A DNA stretch of 64,000 nucleotides, taken from positions 24,331-88,330 of the forward strand of contig PBNY01000069.1 in the NCBI GenBank assembly GCA_002723385.1, read 5' to 3'. Origin of the DNA: Oceanospirillaceae bacterium. Its GTDB lineage: Bacteria; Pseudomonadota; Gammaproteobacteria; Pseudomonadales; Oceanobacteraceae. Position numbers and translations under genes: made by a program. The notes beneath the pieces are model-generated. The model searched no databases. It was not told the DNA's origin and saw only the letters and a list, made by a program, of their open reading frames with translations. Shown here piece after piece: positions 29,235 through 37,258 of the stretch (position 1 is its first letter; each line of letters starts with the position of its first letter).

Positions 29235-32186
29235 ATGAAAGTCATCAAAAGCTCTGTCCTATCAATTCAAACGCGCAGGTTCACCTATCTAAACAGGTTT
29301 GTTCAGTCGATGGCGGTATACGTTCCTTTTCAGTTAGGTGAACGAAGCATTCCAAGGCTAGAACAAGATTTGTTTGATGCCCTTGAGCCTACACTTGAAT
29401 TGGGCATCGACTCTTGCGTTAAAAAGCAACATCCAGAGTTTTTGGTTAATGGTGTTTTTTACAGCCATCATGGACAAGGAGTCACTGGAGGAGAAGTTGG
29501 CGTTACTATTGGAAGTGTCAGCAAGGAACTCTACGTTTTCGGTGATCGGTATTGGCAGATGAATGGTTTGCCTAGCAATCCGGGTGAAATTTCTGAAATG
29601 CCACTTTTGTTGGCTAACGCATTCGGTGGTTCCCAATATACCCATAACCCGTTAGGGAAAGGCATTGAAAAGGACGGTGACGGTATTCAGTGGTTACCTA
29701 ATGTCGAAGATCCCAAAAGTCTGTTGACCTCTCCTGGAGCGATTTCTCGCCCCGCGACTTTGGGGCCTTTGAGAGTTCTTGATTCTCCGAGGATGGAAAT
29801 GCTCGGTCCTGTTGGAGAGGATGATGATCCCTTTAACCTTCCAACCCAAATTGACTGGCGTTACTTCAATGACGCGCCATCTGATCAGTGGTTCAAGAAG
29901 CCTTTGACGGGTCGTGAGCGTTACCGCTTTAGCAATTTACATCCTGAGTTGTCTGTTATTGAAGGCGTGATTCCCCAGTGGCGCGCCCGGGCCTTTATCA
30001 AGCGTAAGTTGGAAAATACAGATGATACGGTTGAGGAAGTTCCTTTGGTGTTGGACACCTTGTGGTTTGCTCCTCATAAAGAGCTGGGAGCGTTGGTTTT
30101 TCATGGTTCAACCGAAGTCTGTGATCGTTACGGCTCAGATGTGACTCATCTTCTTGCTGCCTTTGAGGATTCTGATGATACCGGTAGAGACCTTTGCTGG
30201 TACCAGGCTGCTATAGAAAATAGAGAGGATGAAAACCAAGCATTGAAATATATGCTGTATCAGCGGGATATTGTGCCCGCAAGTATCGATCTTGATGATC
30301 AGGATGCTCTCAATGATGTTGATGATATTCAGGGGTTTACTGGAAACAATCTGGACGAGCGTTTTGAACAGATGGATGAGGAAATAAATGGACATGTTTC
30401 TGAGCAGTTACAAAAGTCGATAGATCAACTTTCGACACAGATAAAGCAGCTTTCCGAAAATAATGCAGGCTCTGCTGTTATTAAACCGTTGATGGAAAAG
30501 AAACGAGAATTAGAAGACTTCAGAGACAGGCCTGAAGGCTCTGATGGACAAGATCCAGAGTTAGTTGCACTTCTGACTTTAATTGATGAAGCCTTGCCAA
30601 AGTCAAAGAAAGATCCAGAGCAGATAGATTTACTTGCTGTAGATTTAAATAAACTGGATGTTTTTGGAAACAAAATTGATGAGTATATAAGTGGTAAGAT
30701 CAAGGAAGCTGTGCCTGAGTTAAAAGATTCAGTTTTAGGTGCGAAAGATAACGTTAATACTCACATTGATGGAAAGGGAAATTTATTATCGCAAGATGCT
30801 GCACCCCCTCACCTGGAAGGGATGGATGTTGACGCGCAACTTGAGGAATTAACGGCGCGTATCGAATTAATTGGTGACGATGACAAGGAAATTGATCCTC
30901 TGGTCAGGCCGCCCGATGGACATGAGTTGGATCAGACCGAAAAGTCGATCAAAGATAACTTTGAAACAGCGATTAGTGAATTAAAATCTCTGCTGGGCAG
31001 CGAACATGGTAATACAGTTAATAACTCTGAACTGACAGAGTTGCCGTCCTATCACGAATTACAGCAGCAGTATGCTGCCTTAATTGAGGATATCCGGGCC
31101 GAGAAAAAAGAGCTCGCTGAGACTGGCCTGGAAATGAAAGGTCTGTATTTAATGGGGGCTCATTTGATGGATGAAGGTCTTTCTCCCCATAATATGCCAT
31201 TGGATGATCTGAAACGAAAATTCAGGAAAGCCTGTCAAGATAATGAGCTTCATGGTCAAGATTGGGCTTGCCTGGAATTTGATAATGACCGCTGGGATGA
31301 TATTGATCTTGGTGATTGTTATCTGGAACAAACCCGATTTGATCATTGCCTGTTCAATGATGTCGTATTCGATAAGTCAATTTTTGCGAGGGCGACATTT
31401 ACGTCCTGTAAATTTGAGCGATGCTCTTTTGTTGACACCAATCTGGGAGCGGTCGTATCTGAATGTAATGAATTCATCGACTGTGACTTCCCGAGTGCCA
31501 TCCTTTCCAACAGTAGCTTCAGCAAAACCCGATTCTCGAAATGCCGTATTGAAGACTGTCAAACAATGGACCTGGTTCTTAATTCCACCGTATTTCACGA
31601 ATGCACAGTCTCTGACCTGAATTTCCTTGAATCTGAATTGACGGATTGCAGGTTTGTTCACTGCCATCTGGCAGACATGAATTTTTTGGAAGTTCAGGCG
31701 TCTCGCTTTGTGATGGCCGACTGTGATATCGAGGCTCTGAGCTTTATCGATTGCAAAATGCCAGCGTCAGATTTCTCTGAGTCGCGAGTTAAGGGTTTGA
31801 ATTTCTCTGGTGACAATACGCTGGATAAAAGTAATTTCTCAGACATCAAGGGATCTGGTTTTTGTGTAGGAAATGCCAGTTTGATGGATTCCAACTTCAA
31901 CAACGTCCAGTTGGAAAATGCGTATTTTGGTGGGGCAAGCCTTGGCAACATTCAGATGAAAAGCTCTGGATTAACGAGAGCCAATTTTATGGATGCAAGG
32001 ATGGATGGAGCCGATTTCAGAGGCAGTAATCTGTTTGAGGCCAATCTGGGTAATACCAGTCTGGTGAGCGCGGATTTTCGCAATACCAATTGTTTCAGTG
32101 TCAATTTTCTGGACGCTACTTTGGGAGATACACGCTTTGCCGGAGCCGACTTGTCCAACACTCTGATTGAGGATTGGCGTCCATGA
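29235..32186 (+). CDS. DUF2169-family T6SS adaptor-like domain fused to an acidic helical linker and a C-terminal pentapeptide-repeat domain
   Basis: 983 aa. The N-terminal ~320 aa carry DUF2169-like blocks: ELYVFGDRYW, ANAFGGSQYTHNPLGKG, LPNVEDP, IDWRYFNDAPSDQW and VLDTLWFAPH. A D/E-rich region of ~350 aa follows. The C-terminal ~290 aa have clear 5-residue periodicity, for example ANFMDARMDGADFRGSNLFEANLGNTSLVSADFRNTN. Confidence 0.75.
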   Translation: MKVIKSSVLSIQTRRFTYLNRFVQSMAVYVPFQLGERSIPRLEQDLFDALEPTLELGIDSCVKKQHPEFLVNGVFYSHHGQGVTGGEVGVTIGSVSKELYVFGDRYWQMNGLPSNPGEISEMPLLLANAFGGSQYTHNPLGKGIEKDGDGIQWLPNVEDPKSLLTSPGAISRPATLGPLRVLDSPRMEMLGPVGEDDDPFNLPTQIDWRYFNDAPSDQWFKKPLTGRERYRFSNLHPELSVIEGVIPQWRARAFIKRKLENTDDTVEEVPLVLDTLWFAPHKELGALVFHGSTEVCDRYGSDVTHLLAAFEDSDDTGRDLCWYQAAIENREDENQALKYMLYQRDIVPASIDLDDQDALNDVDDIQGFTGNNLDERFEQMDEEINGHVSEQLQKSIDQLSTQIKQLSENNAGSAVIKPLMEKKRELEDFRDRPEGSDGQDPELVALLTLIDEALPKSKKDPEQIDLLAVDLNKLDVFGNKIDEYISGKIKEAVPELKDSVLGAKDNVNTHIDGKGNLLSQDAAPPHLEGMDVDAQLEELTARIELIGDDDKEIDPLVRPPDGHELDQTEKSIKDNFETAISELKSLLGSEHGNTVNNSELTELPSYHELQQQYAALIEDIRAEKKELAETGLEMKGLYLMGAHLMDEGLSPHNMPLDDLKRKFRKACQDNELHGQDWACLEFDNDRWDDIDLGDCYLEQTRFDHCLFNDVVFDKSIFARATFTSCKFERCSFVDTNLGAVVSECNEFIDCDFPSAILSNSSFSKTRFSKCRIEDCQTMDLVLNSTVFHECTVSDLNFLESELTDCRFVHCHLADMNFLEVQASRFVMADCDIEALSFIDCKMPASDFSESRVKGLNFSGDNTLDKSNFSDIKGSGFCVGNASLMDSNFNNVQLENAYFGGASLGNIQMKSSGLTRANFMDARMDGADFRGSNLFEANLGNTSLVSADFRNTNCFSVNFLDATLGDTRFAGADLSNTLIEDWRP

Positions 32187-33250
32187 GCCTGACGCGTGAC
32201 CAACTCATTGCTCAGGTGAAGGGTGAGACGGTTCTGCTGGAAGAACTTGATTTGTCGGGTATGGACTTGTCAGGTATCGACCTGACAGGTGGCGTTTTTT
32301 CTGAGGTTGTATTCGACAACGTCAATTTCTCTGGAGCCGATTTACGTGAATGCAAGTTCCTGAATTGCCGTTTTGACAACACCAATTTGTCCGAGTCGGA
32401 TCTTCGTAACAGTGAATGGATTGAGTCAGCTGGATCCTGCATTGTGTTTACCGGTGCTGTGATTCGTGGAGCCAGTTTCATAGAGCCTGATATGCCCAAT
32501 GCAACGCTGGCCCATTCAGATTTGTGTGACTCAAACTGGATTGAACCCAGATTAACCGGCGCCAATTTCACGGGTTCAAAAATGGAAGCGGTTTCGTTTA
32601 TTGAACCGGACTTGCAAGGAGCTGTTTTCGATCAGGCCTGGATGCATCGTTGTTCACTGATTGAAGCGGATTTGAGCGGCGCCTCTTTTAACGAAACGGT
32701 GCTGGAAACCATCTTGTTCAATGAAAGCCAGTGCGCTGGGCTGAATTTTAGCCTTTCCAATACAGATAATGCATTGCTTCAGTTTCAGGCATCTGATTTG
32801 ACGGATGCGGAGTTCTCCGGGTGCCGCCTCATCATGTGCGGATTTATGGGGTGTACATTGCATCGGGTGAATTTTTCGGATGCGGATCTGAGTCAGGCGT
32901 TGTTGGCGAATGCCGAGCTGGTTGGTGTTTCAGGTAACAATGCCACTCTTGAGCAGACCGTGCTGGACTCTGCTCAACTCACGGGATGTGAATTCCGGCA
33001 TATCAAGGCGAAAGAATCCATTTTCAGTAATACAAAGATAGATGGCTGCTTTTTCAATGGCGCTGACTTCACTTACGCTGACTTTTCCCACAGCGGTATC
33101 TTTCAGAGTGACTTCAGTAAAACCGGTTTATTTCGAACCAATTTTCACTGTATGGATGACGGTATGGTGTTGTGGGCGGGTTCGAACAAGAACGAGGCCT
33201 TGGGAACAGACCCCAAGAGAAAGAAGGCAGAATCCTTCGAGGTGAAATGA
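32174..33250 (+). CDS. Pentapeptide-repeat protein
   Basis: 358 aa, almost entirely A(D/N)LxX-type repeats (DLSGMDLSGIDLTGGVFSEVVFDNVNFSGADLRECKFLNCRFDNTNLSESDL...). Its start overlaps the upstream gene by 13 nt. Confidence 0.85.
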   Translation: MASMSLTRDQLIAQVKGETVLLEELDLSGMDLSGIDLTGGVFSEVVFDNVNFSGADLRECKFLNCRFDNTNLSESDLRNSEWIESAGSCIVFTGAVIRGASFIEPDMPNATLAHSDLCDSNWIEPRLTGANFTGSKMEAVSFIEPDLQGAVFDQAWMHRCSLIEADLSGASFNETVLETILFNESQCAGLNFSLSNTDNALLQFQASDLTDAEFSGCRLIMCGFMGCTLHRVNFSDADLSQALLANAELVGVSGNNATLEQTVLDSAQLTGCEFRHIKAKESIFSNTKIDGCFFNGADFTYADFSHSGIFQSDFSKTGLFRTNFHCMDDGMVLWAGSNKNEALGTDPKRKKAESFEVK

Positions 33251-33903
33251 TTATGAATGCTGAAGTAAAAGAGTTCAGTCGGTCTGGTCGTGTGCCAAGC
33301 CATGAAGCCGCAGAGGTACTGTCTGTCGAAGCCCGATGGTTCACCGTGCGTACCCAAAGTGGTATGCATCGTGCGCGTCGTTCATTCGATTGCCTCGTTG
33401 TCCCTCGTCTGGGCGACACTGTACTAATCGCTCACCTGGATGCCGGAAACTGGATTCTGAATGTACTGGAACGTCATGCAGAAGATGACATGTCATTGGA
33501 AGTTGAAGGTAATCTGACGCTTGTTTCCAAACAGGGAGCGGTGCGTCTGGTTGGACAGCATGTCCAGCATCATGCCGAACAGCGATTGGATTTGAGCGCT
33601 GCCAGCTACCAGCTTCATGCAGAATCCAGCAGGCAGGTTTCTAAAACAGTATCTGTTGTGAGCAACAAGGCGCAGCTGAGCACCAGGCAGGTTGATGTCT
33701 CTGCGGAAAATGCGCTGGTTCGACTGGGGAACCTGATGCAGCGGGTCAAGAACAGCGTGCGACAGGTTCAGGAAACAGAGAGTGTGACGTGTGGACAGCT
33801 GTTACAGACAGTGAGACGGTGTTTCAAGAGTCATGCAAAGCAGAGTCTGATTACGTCTGAAACCGATATTAAAATAGACGCCAAGCGCATTCATATGGGG
33901 TAG
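33247..33903 (+). CDS. DUF3540-like protein
   Basis: I prefer the ATG at 33247, which overlaps the upstream TGA as ATGA, giving 218 aa. The block RSFDCLVVPRLGDTVLIAHLDAGNWILNVLERH resembles the conserved DUF3540 N-terminal motif. It occupies the canonical position between pentapeptide and DUF4150 genes. Confidence 0.6.
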   Translation: MIMNAEVKEFSRSGRVPSHEAAEVLSVEARWFTVRTQSGMHRARRSFDCLVVPRLGDTVLIAHLDAGNWILNVLERHAEDDMSLEVEGNLTLVSKQGAVRLVGQHVQHHAEQRLDLSAASYQLHAESSRQVSKTVSVVSNKAQLSTRQVDVSAENALVRLGNLMQRVKNSVRQVQETESVTCGQLLQTVRRCFKSHAKQSLITSETDIKIDAKRIHMG

Positions 33904-33909
33904 CGAGTT

Positions 33910-34320
33910 ATGTTTGCCAATACTCAAGGCGGTGCGATGAGCATGGCCATGCCGGACATCTGCAAGTTTCCAACACCTTCACCGGCCGGACCGATTCCAA
34001 CCCCCATGCCATACCCGAATATGGCAATGTCGACCATGGCGGTCCCGAATTTCACAAAATGGATGATTCTGGGGATGCCTGTGCATAATCTGGGAACCAC
34101 AATCACCATGACCAGCGGTGATGAACCCGGCGTTTTGGGCGGGGTTGTTTCCAACATGATCAAGGGCCCTTGCAAGCATTTGAAAGGCAGTACCAAGGTA
34201 CTGGCCGGGGGAATGCCTGTGACCAGAATGCTTGACCAGACAGGCCAGAACGGTGCGGCTCCCAACGCCATGGGGACGACCATGAAACCGGCGCAAACCA
34301 AAGTCATGATCATGTCCTGA
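33910..34320 (+). CDS. PAAR-like spike-tip protein (DUF4150 family) without toxin extension
   Basis: 136 aa. MPDICKFPTPSPAGPIPTPMPYPNMA is the DUF4150 signature. The protein ends right after the PAAR-like fold. Confidence 0.8.
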   Translation: MFANTQGGAMSMAMPDICKFPTPSPAGPIPTPMPYPNMAMSTMAVPNFTKWMILGMPVHNLGTTITMTSGDEPGVLGGVVSNMIKGPCKHLKGSTKVLAGGMPVTRMLDQTGQNGAAPNAMGTTMKPAQTKVMIMS

Positions 34321-34367
34321 TGGACCTTAATAACAACAATGAATATCAGCAGGGGAAGTAAGTTCCA

Positions 34368-35693
34368 ATGAATCGTTACAGTCTGCGTCCCTGGATTAGC
34401 TGGGGCTTTATGCTGGCCGCTATTGCGGGTGTGACCTACCTCGGTTACCAGGAGAACAACCAGAGCAGTATTTTGCGGCTGGCGTCTGGAGAGCGCGGCA
34501 GTTACGCCTATCAGGTTGGTACTGATCTGAAAAAGCGCATTGAGCAGCATTCAGATTACAAGGTTGAACTGGTGGTCAGTGAAGGATCGTCATTTAATCG
34601 CAGCCTGCTGAAAAGTAATCAGGCTGATGTGGCGATACTGACCCCGGCCAATACCGAGATGACCAGCCTGACGGCTATTGCGCCTATTTCGCGTCAGCAC
34701 CTGCAAGTAATCGTGAACGCTGATAGTCGCATCAACAGTATTAATGATCTGCCGGGGCACCGGATCGCTTTGGGTGATATGGAATCGGATCACCGCAAGC
34801 AGGCACTGCGTTTGCTGGCACACTATCAGATTGACGACCGTACGTTGCGTAACAACGAATTGGCTTTGCCCGAGTTGCTGGCGGGTCGTCAGCTGGATGG
34901 CGCGATTGTTTCTGAAAGTCTTCAGGATTCTTTCCTGAGGGAAATGATGGAAACCGGCCGTTTCAAACTGTTGCCGATCACAGCCAACGAGGCATTGGCG
35001 TCCATGACTCCGCATGTTCAGGCCGACATGCTGCCACGTGGCAGTTATCCAACGGTTCAGGGGCCAATGCCGACCGATTGGGTACCAACCATGTACAGCG
35101 AGGCTGTTTTGGCCACGCGTCACGATGCGGCTGACCCTATGGTCGAAGCGGTATTGGCAACGCTGATGAGCCACAGAACCAAGGCTGAATATCCTCTACT
35201 GACTGACTGGGTTGAGAACCGTGATGGCAAGCTGGTCAACGTCGATATGCACGATTCCGTGCGTCGTTACTTTGATCCGTATGGTGAATTAAAGGCGGTA
35301 TCCTACGGCATTCTGCTGCAAGCATGGCATTTCAAGTTCTGGATCTTGTGTGTTGTGGTGCTGTTAGTCACTGGTTATGCCCGTTGGAAGCACTTTGTGC
35401 AGAGTCGGATTGAGTTGGACAAGCTGCAGCGTTTCAAGCGTATCGAAAAGTTGCTTGAAGACATCAGCGAGCTGGAACAGGCCCAATCCAACAGCAAGGA
35501 TTACCGTGTACTGACCACTCGTCTGAATGAAGTCCGCCAGATCAAGCAAGACGGCCTGAAAGTCGCCATTGAACTGGAAATGACCGACAGCCAGATATTC
35601 CAGGCGTTTTATCAGCAATGTGATCAGGTGATTCGTGATATCCAGTGGAAGCTGTCCATTGGCATGAACAGTCACAGCATGATGGCGTCGTGA
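34368..35693 (+). CDS. TAXI/NMT1-like periplasmic binding domain flanked by two TM helices, with a C-terminal cytoplasmic coiled coil
   Basis: 441 aa with an N-terminal TM (WISWGFMLAAIAGVTYLGY). The TAXI-like block is LRLASGERGSYAYQVGTDLKKRIEQHSDYKVELVVSEGSSFNRSLLKSNQADVAIL. A second TM (FWILCVVVLLVTGYARW) is followed by a heptad-like tail (LDKLQRFKRIEKLLEDISELEQAQ). Confidence 0.6.
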   Translation: MNRYSLRPWISWGFMLAAIAGVTYLGYQENNQSSILRLASGERGSYAYQVGTDLKKRIEQHSDYKVELVVSEGSSFNRSLLKSNQADVAILTPANTEMTSLTAIAPISRQHLQVIVNADSRINSINDLPGHRIALGDMESDHRKQALRLLAHYQIDDRTLRNNELALPELLAGRQLDGAIVSESLQDSFLREMMETGRFKLLPITANEALASMTPHVQADMLPRGSYPTVQGPMPTDWVPTMYSEAVLATRHDAADPMVEAVLATLMSHRTKAEYPLLTDWVENRDGKLVNVDMHDSVRRYFDPYGELKAVSYGILLQAWHFKFWILCVVVLLVTGYARWKHFVQSRIELDKLQRFKRIEKLLEDISELEQAQSNSKDYRVLTTRLNEVRQIKQDGLKVAIELEMTDSQIFQAFYQQCDQVIRDIQWKLSIGMNSHSMMAS

Positions 35694-35762
35694 TCAGAAC
35701 CTGCGACTGTTATGGCGGAACCTGATACGGGCAATGAGCGGCATTACTGCACGGAATCTGAC

Positions 35763-37217
35763 ATGGTGAATTTGAACAAGACAATACCTGGTAACTCCTG
35801 GCTGCTGTGTGCTTTGGCTTCAATGCTGATCACGGGTTGCGCATCGAACCAGACGAGCACAGAGGCAGCCCAACCCGGAGTGGACGGTGCGGATGAGACG
35901 GCGTCCTCGAGCCTGGGTTCATCGTCCACAACTGGCCAGTCATTTGTGGACGTCATGCCTAATTTTGAGGTACTGGACCCTCTGTACGGACTGGGTTCCA
36001 TGGGCGATTTCGAGCTTGGCCTGGAGCACTTTGGGGAGCAGCAATACAGCCAGGCCCTGATGCAGTGGTACCCGTTGGCCAAAGATAAAGACCCGCGTGC
36101 TGAGTACTATCTTGGCTTCATGTACATCAACGGTCTGGGGCTGCCAAGGGATGCCGAAGAAGGTCGAATCTGGTTGTTGAGAGCGGCTCAACGTGGCAAC
36201 GCGGATGCTCAATATGAGTTGGGTCAACTCTATGTGACCGGTTTGGGTGTTGAGCAAAACATGGATCAGGCCATGCGTTGGCTGATGTCAGCATCACGTG
36301 CAGGTCATCCTGCAGCCCAGTTCAATGTCGGACTGCTGTATCAACAAGACAAGGTGCCTCTGTCGTCCAACCTGCTGGCGGCCTATCACGGCACCAAGTC
36401 GCGGGAGTATAGTTTCCAGCAGGCTGCAAAGTGGTATCGGGTGGCAGCGGAACAAGGTCACGCAGCGGCACAAAACAATTTGGCCTGGCTGTATCAGCAC
36501 GGACACGGTGTGGAGCAAAGTGAAAGCTCTGCCTTCCGCTGGTATCAGGCGGCGGCTGAACAGGGAATTATTGATGCCTGTTACAACCTCGGATTGTTGT
36601 ATGAACAAGGTGTCGGCGTAGAAATGGATCTGGAGAAAGCCCTGTTCTGGCAGACCAAAGCGGCTGACTACGGTTATGTCGCATCCCAGAATCGGCTGCC
36701 GGAATTGCGCCGTCAGCTCGAGTTCTACCGTCATTCTCTGGTGTTGTTTGGCACCCCATTGGCGTTGACCACCCGTGAGGTGATGCGTGAAAAACTGACC
36801 CAGAGTCAGGCACTGCCAATCCGGGAAGCCAATAACTACTGGTTTGATGTCTACGAATCCTCTCGCACCTTGCAAGGTACCGATCGCTTGTTCGCCGGCT
36901 ACAGTCTTCGCACTGGCAAGCTGGCATCCATTGAATACCGTTTTCCATCGTTCAACGACCCAAATCTGGTGCTGAAAATCATTGATATGATCAGCGACAA
37001 GTACGGACGCCCTATCCAGTCTCGAGGTGAAATCAGCCGTGGCGAAGTGGATTATCGCTGGGAAGTGAAAGACACGCGTATCCGAATCAAGCGTTACTGG
37101 CCAGATACCACTGTGTATCTTTCCTATCAGGTCGGTGATACCTACACCGCCATGGTGAGCGAGATGCCGCCGAACAGTGACGACCTGAAACACAACCTCA
37201 AGGTTGATACCTACTGA
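35763..37217 (+). CDS. Sel1-repeat (SLR) lipoprotein with an uncharacterised C-terminal domain
   Basis: I prefer the ATG at 35763, giving the signal MVNLNKTIPGNSWLLCALASMLITGC with a lipobox. There are at least six Sel1 repeats (AEYYLGFMYINGLGLPRDAEEGRIWLLRAAQRGNADAQYELGQLYVTGLGVEQN...). The last ~170 aa are not repeat-like. Confidence 0.85.
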   Translation: MVNLNKTIPGNSWLLCALASMLITGCASNQTSTEAAQPGVDGADETASSSLGSSSTTGQSFVDVMPNFEVLDPLYGLGSMGDFELGLEHFGEQQYSQALMQWYPLAKDKDPRAEYYLGFMYINGLGLPRDAEEGRIWLLRAAQRGNADAQYELGQLYVTGLGVEQNMDQAMRWLMSASRAGHPAAQFNVGLLYQQDKVPLSSNLLAAYHGTKSREYSFQQAAKWYRVAAEQGHAAAQNNLAWLYQHGHGVEQSESSAFRWYQAAAEQGIIDACYNLGLLYEQGVGVEMDLEKALFWQTKAADYGYVASQNRLPELRRQLEFYRHSLVLFGTPLALTTREVMREKLTQSQALPIREANNYWFDVYESSRTLQGTDRLFAGYSLRTGKLASIEYRFPSFNDPNLVLKIIDMISDKYGRPIQSRGEISRGEVDYRWEVKDTRIRIKRYWPDTTVYLSYQVGDTYTAMVSEMPPNSDDLKHNLKVDTY

Positions 37218-37258
37218 CCGGGAACGGGCAATCACCGCGGATCAAGAATAAGAACAGT

